Origin: an uncultured Acidobacteriota bacterium
GTDB taxonomy: Bacteria > Acidobacteriota > Vicinamibacteria > Vicinamibacterales > SCN-69-37
Assembly (NCBI GenBank): GCA_963816795.1
Contig: CAWFLT010000001.1
Span: 375,259 to 439,258, forward strand
Reading direction: 5' to 3'
Length of the DNA: 64,000 nt
Below are positions 1-9,684 of this stretch, in pieces. A model generated the notes under the pieces. It made no database searches. It worked only from the letters and a program-made list of their open reading frames with translations, and was not told where the DNA came from. Within the stretch, counting starts at the first letter, position 1; every line of letters begins with the position of its first letter. Made by a program: the position numbers and the translations under genes.

Positions 1-1289
1 TCGACCTCGCGTGAGGCAAGCGGCCGACGGTACGCGCTCTCACCAAGGCGCGCGACGATCGTCCGGGCGCACGGCCGCTCCTCGGTCGGAGTCGTCGGCC
101 GGCAGCTGAACACCTTGCGGCGGCTCGGCGTCTCGGAGACGCCGGTCGCGCGATACGGGCCGCGGATGATCACGTCGCGCAGGTGCGGCAGCGTCGTGAT
201 CGCGCTGCCTCCGGCGCCGCCGCCGGCGTACGACCAGTCGTGCGGGCGGATCAGGTCTTCGTACGGACCGTCGAACCGGCGCACGAACGCGGCGGCCACG
301 ACGTGCTGGCCCGCCTTGATCGGAATCGGTTCGGTATACATCGAGATCGCGCCGCGCCCGTCGGCCGCGCCCGACGGGAGCGTCTCGTAGCGGACGAGCG
401 CGACGCGCGCGCCGTCGATCGAGACGTCGATGTTTTCGAGCCGGGAATTGTCGCCGCCGGTGAGGGTGAGCTCGAACGTGTACTCCGCGTCGGCAGGAAA
501 CACGTGCTTGGTCACCAACCCGCCGCGCGTGCCGAACGGCGCGCCGGGCACGTGATCCCACGGGTGCTGCGACACGTAGCTGGTGTTGGTGTAGGTGCGA
601 TAGGCGACCGAGGCATTGCGATCGCCGACCGCCATGCGGCTGATGTCGGCCGCCGCGTTGAGATACGACTCGAGCAGCGTCGCCGACAGGCCCTGTTCGT
701 CGGCGATGTTGTCGAAATTCAGGCTCTTGGTGTCCTGCGGCAGCCACGCGCCGGCATCGACGTCGAGCGCGAGCAGATCGCGAACCGTGTTGGCGTATTC
801 CGGCCGGTTCAACCGCTGGAAGGTGCGCGTGCCGGGATTGGGCTTGGCCAGCGCGGCCGCGTCAGCCTTGGTCTCGAGCGTGGCAATCAGCGTGGAGTAG
901 GTTTCGGAATCCGGACGCTCGACACCTGGCGGCGGCATCATGCCGGCCTGCAGCTTCCGGATCATCTTTTCGACGGTTTCGAGATGGTCGGTGGCACGAC
1001 CGATGTCGAACTGCTCGAGGGTGAGGCTGCCCTTCTTCTCGGCGTCGTTGTGGCACTCGACGCAGAACGATTCGATCGCGAAGTTCAACGCGAGCGACGT
1101 CGCCTGCGCGCTCTTCGCGCCGCGCGGCGTCTGCGGAGCCGGCGGGGCGGGCGCATGCGAACTGACCGGTGCCGCCACGGCGCCGGTCGTGGGTTTGTTT
1201 GGGCCTGACGCGCGCTGGGCTGCCACAGTGCCGGCAGCCAACGCCGCCGAGACGACCGTCGCACCCATCGCCCACCCGAACTTCGTCAT
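1..1289 (-). CDS. Cytochrome-c-domain protein of the PSCyt/DUF1587/DUF1592 type (N-terminal part; 3' end beyond window start)
   Basis: Absent from the ORF track because it is open at the window edge. My translation from ATG 1289..1287 gives MTKFGWAMGATVVSAALAAG (signal), heme motif CVECH, then KMIRKLQAGMMPPPG, TFQRLNRPEYANTVRDLL, LLESYLNAAADISR. The frame stays open to base 1. The track ORFs 40..747(-) and 183..1208(+) are GC shadows of it. Confidence 0.7.
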   Translation of the reverse strand, partial: MTKFGWAMGATVVSAALAAGTVAAQRASGPNKPTTGAVAAPVSSHAPAPPAPQTPRGAKSAQATSLALNFAIESFCVECHNDAEKKGSLTLEQFDIGRATDHLETVEKMIRKLQAGMMPPPGVERPDSETYSTLIATLETKADAAALAKPNPGTRTFQRLNRPEYANTVRDLLALDVDAGAWLPQDTKSLNFDNIADEQGLSATLLESYLNAAADISRMAVGDRNASVAYRTYTNTSYVSQHPWDHVPGAPFGTRGGLVTKHVFPADAEYTFELTLTGGDNSRLENIDVSIDGARVALVRYETLPSGAADGRGAISMYTEPIPIKAGQHVVAAAFVRRFDGPYEDLIRPHDWSYAGGGAGGSAITTLPHLRDVIIRGPYRATGVSETPSRRKVFSCRPTTPTEERPCARTIVARLGESAYRRPLASREV

Positions 1290-1515
1290 CGTGCTCCGCT
1301 CCAAAACAGCAAGATGGCCAGTCCCCGGGGCGGCGCCCAAGGGACGGAACCTGGGTCGAACGGGATCAGCCAAACTATATCCGATCCTCATTGTCGGATA
1401 TCGGCCTAAGGGCAGGGGGAAATCTGCGCGAAAATGGCCCTTTTCCGGGACATTTCCCCGCGGCAAATGCCGGGCCTCGGCACCAGTGGAGTGGCGCTAT
1501 GCTGAGCCGCATCCG

Positions 1516-2589
1516 ATGGATCTGACCCGGCGCGATTTCCTCGGCGCGGTCGCCACCGGGACGGCGGCCACGGCACTGCCGCAGTCGGCCGCACCCCAAA
1601 CGAAGCACTGGGCGTGGATGCGCGGCGTCAAGGCGGCCGACGACGGGTGGCGGCGCCAGGTGGCGTCACTGCGCGCGGCCGGGATCGACGCGGTGCTGAT
1701 CACGGCGACGCCCGATCTCTATCGCCGGCTGATCGCGACAGCCGCCGATGAGGGCGTCGAGGTTCATGCGTGGCTGTTCACGATGATGCGCGGGGCCGAC
1801 ACGACCGCGCATCCGGAGTGGTACGCGGTGAGCCGGAGCGGGCGTTCGACCGCCGATCGTCCGCCGTACGTCGATTACTACAAGTTCATGTGCCCGTCGC
1901 GCGACGAGGTGCGCGAGCGCGTACGCGGCATCGTCGCCGAGTTGGCCGCGATCGATCGGCTCGGCAGCGTGCACCTCGATTACATCCGCTATCCGGACGT
2001 GATCCTGCCGGTGGCGCTGTGGCCGAAGTACAAGCTCGTGCAGGACAAGGAATACCCGGATTTCGACTTCTGTTATTGCGACGTCTGCCGGGCGCGATTC
2101 AAGCGGGAGCGCGGCCTCGATCCGCGCGACCTCGCCGATCCGCCGGCGCATGACGCGTGGGTGCAGTTTCGCTACGACACGATTACCGAAGTCGTCACCC
2201 TGCTCGCGGCCGAAGCGCGCCGCCACCGCCGGGCGATCACCGCGGCCGTTTTCCCGACGCCCGCGATCGCGCGCCGCCTCGTCCGACAGGACTGGACGCG
2301 GTGGCCGCTCGACGCCGTCATGCCGATGCTCTACCAGGGCTTCTACAACGAGGACCTCGCCTGGATCGAACGCAGCACGCGCGAAGGCGTCGTGGCGCTC
2401 GGCGGCCGCCTTCCTCTGTATGCCGGCTTGTACGTCCCCGACCTGCCGCCCGCGGATCTCGCGAGTGCGGCCTCGCGGGCGCTCGCCGGCGGCGCCGCCG
2501 GCATCAGCGTCTTCGAAGGCAACACGCTGACGCCGCAGCACTGGGCGGCGCTCGCGCCGGTGCTCAAGCAGCGCGCGTCGTGGCCGTGA
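1516..2589 (+). CDS. Tat-signal glycoside-hydrolase-like protein (GHL10/DUF187-type family 10 glycosylhydrolase)
   Basis: Internal ATG 1516 of track ORF 940..2589. MDLTRRDFLGAVATGTAATAL is a twin-arginine signal. HLDYIRYP and the surrounding TIM-barrel-like pattern are present. The stop overlaps the next start (GTGA). Confidence 0.75.
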   Translation: MDLTRRDFLGAVATGTAATALPQSAAPQTKHWAWMRGVKAADDGWRRQVASLRAAGIDAVLITATPDLYRRLIATAADEGVEVHAWLFTMMRGADTTAHPEWYAVSRSGRSTADRPPYVDYYKFMCPSRDEVRERVRGIVAELAAIDRLGSVHLDYIRYPDVILPVALWPKYKLVQDKEYPDFDFCYCDVCRARFKRERGLDPRDLADPPAHDAWVQFRYDTITEVVTLLAAEARRHRRAITAAVFPTPAIARRLVRQDWTRWPLDAVMPMLYQGFYNEDLAWIERSTREGVVALGGRLPLYAGLYVPDLPPADLASAASRALAGGAAGISVFEGNTLTPQHWAALAPVLKQRASWP

Positions 2590-3698
2590 CGGGCGCGCGA
2601 ATCGTCGCGCTCGTGACCGCCTGCGCGGGTGTCGCCGTCGCCTCCGCGTCGCAAGCGCCCGCCGCGCCTGACTTCGAGGCGCTGCCGTTCGCGCCGAAGC
2701 GCACGGTCGTCTATCGCGCCCCGGCCCCGCCGGCGATCGACGGCCGGCTCGACGATCCCGCCTGGCAGGCCGCCGCGTGGTCCGACCCGTTCGTCGACAT
2801 CGAAGGCGATCGCAAGCCGGCGCCGCGATGGCTGACGCGCGTCAAGATGCTGTGGGACGCCGACCACTTCTACGTCGCCGCCGACATGGAAGAACCGGAC
2901 CTCTGGGGCACGCTGACGACGCGCGACGCCGTCATCTTTCAGGATCCGGATTTCGAAGTGTTCATCGATCCGGACGGCGATACGCACCAGTACTACGAGC
3001 TCGAAGTGAACGTCCTCGGCACCGCATGGGACCTGCTGCTCGTGCGGCCGTACCGCGACGGCGGTCCGCCGATCGACGGCTGGGACATTGCCGGACTCGG
3101 CATCGGCGTGAACGCGCGCGGCACGATCAACCGGCCCGGCGACAAAGACGACGGCTGGTCGATCGAGATCGCGATGCCGTGGCGTGCGCTGCGCGAAGCG
3201 GCGCCAGGCCGGCGCCCGCCCGCCGCCGGCGATCAGTGGCGGGTGAACTTCTCACGCGTCGAATGGCTGGTGGACGTCGCGGACGGCCGGTATCGCAAGC
3301 GCGTGAATCCCGCGACCGGCAAGCCGTTCGCTGAGGACAACTGGGTCTGGAGCCCGCAGGGCGCGATCAACATGCACATGCCCGAGCGCTGGGGCGTCGT
3401 GCAGTTCTCGGATCAGGCACCCGGCGGGCCGGAGGAGCGCGTTCGCGACGACCCTGACGATCTCATGAAGTGGGCGCTGCGCCGCTTGTACTACCGGCAG
3501 CAGCGTTATCGCACGGCGCATGGAAAATACGCGACCCGGCTCGAGGATCTCGATGCGGCGAACCTTCGGGTCGACGGCCAGCCCCTCTCGCCGCAGATCG
3601 AGACGACGGCGTCGTCGTACGAGATCAGCGTAGCGAGCCGCGCCGGCGGCCGCGTGCGCCTGCGGCAGGACGGCCGCGTCTGGGTCGATCGCCGGTAG
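2586..3698 (+). CDS. Carbohydrate-binding family 9 (CBM9/DOMON-like) domain protein
   Basis: GTG 2586 overlaps the upstream TGA. Signal-like VALVTACAGVAVASA. Motifs DGRLDDPAWQ, WDADHFYVAADMEEPDLW, FEVFIDPDGDTHQYYELEVN, WSIEIAMPW. Confidence 0.7.
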   Translation: MTGARIVALVTACAGVAVASASQAPAAPDFEALPFAPKRTVVYRAPAPPAIDGRLDDPAWQAAAWSDPFVDIEGDRKPAPRWLTRVKMLWDADHFYVAADMEEPDLWGTLTTRDAVIFQDPDFEVFIDPDGDTHQYYELEVNVLGTAWDLLLVRPYRDGGPPIDGWDIAGLGIGVNARGTINRPGDKDDGWSIEIAMPWRALREAAPGRRPPAAGDQWRVNFSRVEWLVDVADGRYRKRVNPATGKPFAEDNWVWSPQGAINMHMPERWGVVQFSDQAPGGPEERVRDDPDDLMKWALRRLYYRQQRYRTAHGKYATRLEDLDAANLRVDGQPLSPQIETTASSYEISVASRAGGRVRLRQDGRVWVDRR

Positions 3699-3716
3699 AC
3701 GAGTCTAAAGCGCCGT

Positions 3717-4053
3717 CAATGGACAATCGACAATCGGCAACCTGCAATGGCAAACACATCGGCCATCGATAATGCCGATGGACAATGGGAAATCTCGCAA
3801 TCGATCCGGATCGCCAACCGACAATCGGGGCAACCAAATCGACCTGCAAATCGGCAATCGGCAATTGACCCGATGGGAAATTGACAAGGGACAATCGAGC
3901 GGCTCGATTGCCCCATTGTCCATCGGCACTTCGCGATTGCCCATCAAACTGAATTGTCCATTCGAAAAGATTTGCCATTACCCATTACCGATCGGGATTG
4001 TCGATTGCCGATGTGTTTGCCATTGCAGATTACCGATTGCTGATTGTCGATTA
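3717..4053. repeat. Family C element: ~335-bp imperfect palindrome built from CAATSG / CSATTG short units with ~45-bp terminal inverted repeats
   Basis: The left arm is rich in CAATGG/CAATCG and the right arm in CCATTG/CGATTG, centred near 3903. The reverse complement of 3717-3762 matches 4007-4053 (gccgatgtgtttgccattgcag..ccgattg..tcgatt). The right terminus is shared with 9107-9165. It lies between convergent genes. Confidence 0.8.
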
Positions 4054-4120
4054 GTCCAGAGACCCGCAAGGTGCCGTGCTCGAGCCGCACCTCGCACCAC
4101 GCACCTCGCACGGCAGCGTG

Positions 4121-4753
4121 TTAACCGTCCCCAACATCGTATTGCCGAAACGTGAGGTTGATCCGGCCGGCGAGGCCGAGCTCGACGGGCGCGGTATTCG
4201 GCAGGATTCGCGACACGCCGTGATACCGCAGCCGCGACGGCCCGCCGAATACGAAGGCGTCGCCGGATTCGAGCCACACCACGTCGACTGGATCACGGCG
4301 CCGCGTGCCGCCGATGAGGAAGCGCGCCGTGTCGCCGATCGAGATCGACACCACCGGCACGCCGGCCGCCAGTGACTGCTCTGCCTCGTCCTTGTCCTGG
4401 TGCAGCCCCATCCGGCCGTCCTCCGCGTAGTGATTCATGATGCAGATGTCAGGATCGATCGCCATGCCGGCGGCGGCCGCTGCATCGCGCGCCAGCGCGC
4501 GAAACGCTTCGGGCAGCTCCGGGACCGGCTGGCCATCGTGGTCGCTTCGCACCGGCTCGTAGCTGTACGTCTTCCCATTCCAGTGCCGGCCCAGACACAG
4601 CATGCGGACGTGCATCTTGCCGCCGCCGCGCACGACGGGCACGTAGGCGGGCACGGCTCCGTCGAGCAGCTGCACACACTGCGACGCCAGGTCGCGCTGG
4701 CGGACGATCGACAGCCACTTCGGCAGGTGGACCGCACCCGGGTGAATCTCCAC
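4121..4753 (-). CDS. alkB: Alpha-ketoglutarate-dependent dioxygenase AlkB (oxidative DNA/RNA demethylase)
   Basis: 210 aa with 2OG-Fe(II) motifs LHQDKDE (HxD), RYHGV (distal H) and RINLTFR, in an AlkB-like overall layout. Confidence 0.85.
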   Translation of the reverse strand: MEIHPGAVHLPKWLSIVRQRDLASQCVQLLDGAVPAYVPVVRGGGKMHVRMLCLGRHWNGKTYSYEPVRSDHDGQPVPELPEAFRALARDAAAAAGMAIDPDICIMNHYAEDGRMGLHQDKDEAEQSLAAGVPVVSISIGDTARFLIGGTRRRDPVDVVWLESGDAFVFGGPSRLRYHGVSRILPNTAPVELGLAGRINLTFRQYDVGDG

Positions 4754-4788
4754 ACGGGCACGTTACCACCCGGACACGGGCGCCGGCC

Positions 4789-6222
4789 TTGGGCAATAAT
4801 CCCGCCATGCGCCTACAGTCTTCTGTCGCTCTCGCCATGTTGGCCACCGGTGTGGTGCTGACTGCGCAAGCCCCTGCATCGCCCGACTGGACGCAGGCCG
4901 AAGTTGAAACGCTCCGCCACTTCCAGTCGCTGCTGCGGTTCGACACCAGCGACCCGCCCGGTAACGAGCTGCCCGCCGCTGACTACCTCAAGGCGGCCCT
5001 CGAGAAGGAAGGCATTCCGGTCCAGGTGGTCGCGCTCGAAGCCCACCGCCCCAGCATCATCGCGCGTCTGAAGGGCAACGGCCAGAAGCGGCCGCTGTTG
5101 CTGATGGCGCACACGGACGTCGTCAACGTCGATCCGAAGAAGTGGACGACGCCGCCTTTCGGCGCGACGCGCGACGGCGGCTACGTGTACGGGCGCGGCG
5201 CCGTGGACGACAAGGACAACGTCGCGGCGTCGCTGATGGTCATGCTGCTGCTCAAGCGGCTGAACGTCCCGCTCGATCGCGACGTCATCTTTCTCGCGGA
5301 ATCCGGTGAAGAAGGCAGCACACGCTTCGGCATCCAGTTCGTCGTCAATCAGCATTTCGCCGCAGTCGATGCCGAGTACTGTCTCGCCGAAGGTGGCAAC
5401 GGCACGCGGCGCGGCGGACAGACGCAGTTCGTCTCGGTACAGACGCTCGAAAAGATTCCTTACGCCGTCCAGCTCACGGCCCGCGGCGTCGCCGGCCACG
5501 GATCGGTGCCGCTCAAGACCAATCCGGTCGCGCACCTTTCGAAAGCGGTGGCGGCGATCGCCGATTGGAGTCCGCCGATTCGGCTGAACGAAACCACCAG
5601 CGCGTACTTCAAGCGGCTCGCCCAGATCTCCGCGCCGGATCTGGCCGCACGCTATCGCGACGTCCACGATCCGGCGAAGGCCGCGGCGGCCGACGCCTAC
5701 TTCCAGGAGCACGAACCGCGTCACGCCTCGATGCTCCGCACGTCGGTGTCGCCCAACATCGTCCAGGCGGGCTATCGCATCAACGTCATTCCGTCCGATG
5801 CGTCGGCCACGCTCGACGTCCGCGCGCTGCCGGGCGAAGACATGACCGCGTTTCTCGATCAGATCCGCAAAGTCGTGAACGATCCCACGGTCGAGGTCAG
5901 CCTCGGCCAGCGCGATACGCGGCCCGGCGGACCGGAAACGCGGCTGACCAGCGAAGCGTTCAAGACGATCGAGGCCGCCGTCATGCGCCACTACAAGGCA
6001 CCGACGCTGCCGACGATGAGCACGGGCGCCACCGACATGGCGTACCTGCGCAACAAGGGCATTCAATGTTTCGGCGTCGGCCCGGCGATCGATCTCGAAG
6101 ACGGGCCCAAAGGCTACGGGGCTCACAGCGATCAGGAACGGATACTCGAGAGCGAGTTGTACCGCTTCCTGCGCTTTTACTGGGACGTGGTCGTCGAACT
6201 GGCGGCGACGCGGCGATCGTGA
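4789..6222 (+). CDS. M20-family metallopeptidase (dipeptidase/carboxypeptidase-like), secreted
   Basis: LLMAHTDVVNVDPKKWTTPPFGATRDGGYVYGRGAVDDKDN and ESGEEG metal-site motifs. Signal peptide MRLQSSVALAMLATGVVLTAQA if ATG 4807 is the true start. Confidence 0.85.
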   Translation: MGNNPAMRLQSSVALAMLATGVVLTAQAPASPDWTQAEVETLRHFQSLLRFDTSDPPGNELPAADYLKAALEKEGIPVQVVALEAHRPSIIARLKGNGQKRPLLLMAHTDVVNVDPKKWTTPPFGATRDGGYVYGRGAVDDKDNVAASLMVMLLLKRLNVPLDRDVIFLAESGEEGSTRFGIQFVVNQHFAAVDAEYCLAEGGNGTRRGGQTQFVSVQTLEKIPYAVQLTARGVAGHGSVPLKTNPVAHLSKAVAAIADWSPPIRLNETTSAYFKRLAQISAPDLAARYRDVHDPAKAAAADAYFQEHEPRHASMLRTSVSPNIVQAGYRINVIPSDASATLDVRALPGEDMTAFLDQIRKVVNDPTVEVSLGQRDTRPGGPETRLTSEAFKTIEAAVMRHYKAPTLPTMSTGATDMAYLRNKGIQCFGVGPAIDLEDGPKGYGAHSDQERILESELYRFLRFYWDVVVELAATRRS

Positions 6223-7499
6223 TTAACGGCGTGGGGCCCCACCCCCACGCCTCGGGCCCGCGCCGGTAGAGCGGCGCGGGGTGTCTGCGTCGCTGACTGC
6301 GACACCGCGAAGCGCGGGAGCGCTGAGCGCCCGAGCCGCGGGGGTGGGGCCCCGCGGCCAAAAGCGGTACGCGACAGCAACACGCCCAGGGTGATGGCGT
6401 TGATCAGCGGCACCTGGATCCACCACGGCAGCGCCGCGTGCACCCACCAGACCTGCAGGGCCACGACCACCGGCAGGTGCACGATATAGACGAAGTACGA
6501 CGCATCGGCGACGTAGCGGCTGCGGCGTGACGGCCGATCGAAGCGCGCGACGAACAGCCCCGTCCACCCCGCCACTGACAGCGTCATCGTCAGGCTCGTG
6601 GCGAAGGATGCCGCCCAGCGCAGCACGTCGGCGTGTGCCGTCGCCCACGGCCCAGCCGTCACTCGCACGGCGGCCAGGCCCGCACCGACGAGACTCGCGA
6701 GTAATCCGAGCACAAGCAGCGACCGCCAGCGCTTCGCAGCGATCTGCAGCCAGGACGGGTGCCGAAACAGCCACCAGCCGAACGTGAACCAGAGACCGTA
6801 CACCGCCATCACGGGCCAGTTCGGGGCGAAGCTGCTGTCGGGTGTGTCGACGTCCAGGCCCTGCATCGTGGCGAGGATCGGCGTGAGCAGAATCGCGATG
6901 ACCACCGGAGCCGAGGCGACCGGTCATCGCCGATTCAAACAGCTGATCGACGCGTGCCAGTGCCGCACGGGCCGGTGCAGAGCGCGCGACGCGCGAGCCA
7001 TCCGACAGCCGAGCGCGAGCAGCGTGATCCAGAAGAGGTAATAGAGGAACCAGAGATGCGTCAGCCTCGTCTCGAGCACCGCCGATCCCAGCGCCAACGT
7101 GTACCACGGGAGCGAGTCGATGAGCGGCGGCAGTTCGAGCCAGCCGGTGGTGCGCCCCCCGGCGATCCAGAGCGCGCCCAGGACGAACTTCATCGGATAC
7201 AGCACGACGAAGAACACCAGCAGAATGCGGCGGAGGCGATCCCACACATAGGCGCGCGTGCCGCGGCGATCGACGACGAGCGCGCCGAAAAACCCCGCCA
7301 TCAGAAAGAAGATCTCGAGGCGGAAGCTGTGGAGGTAGTAGATGAGCCAGCCCAGCGTCGGCGACGGCTCGTCGGTCCCGACCGCCCAGGCACCGCCGGG
7401 CATCACGTAGGTCAGCGTGGAGTGCAGGAGGACGCCGAGCAGCAACGCCCACGCGCGCAGGGCGTCGAGGCCGTGCCACCGTTCGGACGCTGAGGTCAC
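6177..7499 (-). pseudogene. Acyltransferase-3 family membrane protein, interrupted, with its 3' end running through a repeat
   Basis: The N part (track 6924..7550) has WHGLDALRAWALLLGVLLH and HLWFLYYL; the C part (6177..6905) has hydrophobic helices. The two are in the same frame, separated by TGA at 6921-6923 (or by a compensating frameshift pair between ~7005 and ~6920). The likely start GTG 7499 overlaps the upstream TGA (GTGA). The last ~60 codons are encoded by Family A element 6228-6359 and overlap the M20 3' end. Confidence 0.65.
6228..6359. repeat. Family A element (complete hairpin form): two inverted GGGGCCCCACCCCC cores flanking a GGTGTC..GACACC centre
   Basis: Cores at 6233-6246 (+) and 6340-6353 (reverse complement). 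The arms pair over ~30 bp. The right half 6293-6355 is nearly identical to 10522-10584. It lies between convergent M20 and acyltransferase genes. Confidence 0.85.
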
Positions 7500-8248
7500 G
7501 GCCGGGTCAAGGTCGCCGCGAAACGCAGCCGCACGTAGTCCAACGTCCAACGACCGGCCGAGTCACGCAACGCCGGTGCGCAGCGCGCAGAGATCTCGTC
7601 GAGCAGCGTGGACCGATCGGCGGGAGGCACGCTGCCGAGGAACAGGCCGGCGAAGGTCTCGAGCCAGTCCGACAGGCTGCCCGGCAGCAGTGTCGGGCGA
7701 TCGAACAACTCCAGCGAGAGAATCTGCCACCCCAGCCGGTCGAAGATGTCGCGATACTCTTCGACGTCCGCGTAATACCAGGGATTCACGCGATCGAAAT
7801 CGACGCCGCGCGCCATCAGCGCGGCTCGCAGGGCCGCAATCACTACCGCGACATTGCCGCGACCGCCGCATTCGCCAACGAAGCGGCCGCCGGGCCGGAG
7901 CGCGCGCGTCACACCTCGCACGATTGGCTCGGGCGGCCCCATCCAGTGCAGCGCGGCGTTGGAAAACACGGCATCGAACTCGCCGACGAAGGGCAGCGCC
8001 CGCGCATTCACCACCCGCGCATCGACGCCGATCTCGCGCGCGGCCCGCACCATGTCCTCGCTCGCATCGACGCCGACGACCTCGCAGCCGAGATCCAGCA
8101 GGCGTTTGGTCAGCACGCCGTCGCCACAGCCAAGATCGAGGATGCGCTCGCCCGGTACCGGCGCCAGCAGCTCGACCACGGGCTGCCCGAGATCGCTCAC
8201 GAAGCGGGCCCGATCCGCGTACTGGCGCGCGTCCCAGGACTGCGTCAT
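7496..8248 (-). CDS. Class I SAM-dependent methyltransferase (Methyltransf_11/25-like)
   Basis: ILDLGCGDGVLT SAM-binding motif, DAVFSNAALHW, 250 aa intact. ATGA overlap with the upstream gene. Confidence 0.8.
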   Translation of the reverse strand: MTQSWDARQYADRARFVSDLGQPVVELLAPVPGERILDLGCGDGVLTKRLLDLGCEVVGVDASEDMVRAAREIGVDARVVNARALPFVGEFDAVFSNAALHWMGPPEPIVRGVTRALRPGGRFVGECGGRGNVAVVIAALRAALMARGVDFDRVNPWYYADVEEYRDIFDRLGWQILSLELFDRPTLLPGSLSDWLETFAGLFLGSVPPADRSTLLDEISARCAPALRDSAGRWTLDYVRLRFAATLTRP

Positions 8249-8935
8249 TGCTGAGCTTCACCCCCTTCATTCGCTTCATGTCTACCGATCAACAGCCGGT
8301 TTTTGGCAGTGATCTCTTCCGGGATCTTCATCGTCCAGATCTGATACCCCTGCGCCTTGAGCCGGATTGCGCGCGTCATGTCGATCGCCAGCGCGCCGTC
8401 TGCCCACCCGGAGAGATCGCCGGTGTCACAGGACGAGAGATCGTGACAGCACGGCAACACAGCAAGACTCGCGCGCGCCGCCGCCGCGCGTTCGATCACG
8501 CGATCGGTCAGCGCACCACAGGCGTGGCACGACACCACGAGATCGCCGGCGCCGAGTGGCGACGTCGTCGAGATCCATCGATTCGAAACGAACACGGCCG
8601 GCCAGACGAGGCCATGCGGCAATGAGCGCGTCGTGCAGCGTCGCCGCCGATGGCGGAATCACGCGGTCAACGACGACGGCGGTTGGCGAGGTGTCATCGA
8701 GGAGCAGCAGCGCGTGCGCCAACAGCCCGTGGCCGCCGGCGATATCGACAACCCGGCCGCCACGCACATGACGTCTGACCCGCTTGGCCATCTCCCAGGC
8801 TTCGTACAGTTCCTTGCGCGGCAGGCAGCCAACCTCGCAGATCGCACGCGCCAGACGGTCAAACAGCGTCGAGTTCGGGAAGCGGCCAAGATCGTGCCGC
8901 GTCAGGCGCGCACGGGATGACAGTGAGAAGGCCAA
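8245..8935 (-). pseudogene. Methyltransferase (Methyltransf_32-like, HACG/PCCH motifs) with one frameshift near 8565
   Basis: Track ORFs 8426..8935 (VVDIAGGHGLLAHALLL ... RVRFESMDLDDV) and 8245..8622 (SPLGAGDLVVSCHACGALTD ... LPCCHDL) join if one base is skipped at about 8565. The last codons run into a Family B array (8255-8290). Confidence 0.6.
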
Positions 8936-9165
8936 TTACCGATTACCCATTCCCCATCGCCATCCCATGCCGCCATTCCCCATCGCCATTCCCCATTTCC
9001 CATCGCCATTTCCCATTGCCCATTCCCATCGCCATTTCCCATTTCCCATCCGCACTTCCCATTGCCCATTTCACATTGCCATTGCCATTGCCAAATTGCC
9101 CATCAGGATTGCCGATTGCCGATGTGTTTGCCATTGCAGATTGCCGATTTCCCGATTGTCGATTA
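8936..9165. repeat. Family C half-element: ~230 bp of CCATTSC/CCCATYS short units ending in the conserved Family C terminus
   Basis: Tandem 6-7-nt units (cattcccc, catcgc, catttccc, cattgcc ...) in one orientation only. 9107-9165 matches 3996-4053 at roughly 55 of 60 positions. The terminal GATTA contains the DinB stop codon. Confidence 0.8.
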
Positions 9166-9633
9166 CCCCCCTTTCTTCAACACCCCAATCTGCCCCCCGT
9201 GGTACGCATGGTGCTGGGCGAGGCCGTGCAGCATCACTTCATGGCTCACGCCGGTGGCGAGCTCGCGGCTCTTCGCGCTTTGGGGCGGCGTGGTGAGCTG
9301 CTGAGGTGTCATGGCGCTGACCACCGCGACGAGCGCGGAGTGAGCGTCGAACAGCGTCTCAACGTCGCGCTGCCACGCCGCGGCGTCGTCCCCGGTCGGC
9401 GGCGGCCAGTCCCCGATCTCGGGCAACCCCGGCGGATGACCACCGAGCCGGCGCGTCACCTCCTGCGTCCACGCCGTCAAGTGACGAACGATCTCCCAGA
9501 TCGAATGGGCCGCGGGGATGGGCCGGCTGCGCGCCTGATCAGCCGTGACGTCTTTCAAGAGCGCCTGGATGGAATCGCCGTGCCACGGCTCGCCGGTGAT
9601 CGCCGCGGACAGCTCGTCGATGATGAGTTTCAT
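9163..9633 (-). CDS. DinB-family (DinB_2) metal-dependent protein
   Basis: Only the last 156 codons of track ORF 9163..10419 look real, from ATG 9633. Motifs WHGDSI, IWEIVRHLTAW, HHAYHGGQI (His triad pattern of DinB_2). Confidence 0.75.
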   Translation of the reverse strand: MKLIIDELSAAITGEPWHGDSIQALLKDVTADQARSRPIPAAHSIWEIVRHLTAWTQEVTRRLGGHPPGLPEIGDWPPPTGDDAAAWQRDVETLFDAHSALVAVVSAMTPQQLTTPPQSAKSRELATGVSHEVMLHGLAQHHAYHGGQIGVLKKGG

Positions 9634-9684
9634 GTGATCAACACTACATCGCCCGCTCCCCGCGAGCATCAAAGCTTGGTAGTA

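Noticed and set aside
40-1208. Long track ORFs 40..747(-) and 183..1208(+), 235 and 341 aa
   Set aside because: They are arginine/alanine-rich with low GC3, and no motifs. They are frame shadows of the real minus-strand cytochrome-c-domain gene, which is open to the window edge.
4813-6126. 437-aa ORF antisense to the M20 peptidase
   Set aside because: Typical high-GC antisense shadow. The plus-strand frame carries clear M20 motifs.
6921-6923. Selenocysteine or read-through at the in-frame TGA of the acyltransferase
   Set aside because: There is no SECIS-like hairpin immediately downstream, the family is not known to use Sec, and the local sequence fits a compensated frameshift better.
3717-9165. 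CRISPR array hypothesis for the short-unit repeat regions
   Set aside because: The units are 6-10 nt, degenerate and contiguous, with no unique spacers. There are no cas genes in the window.
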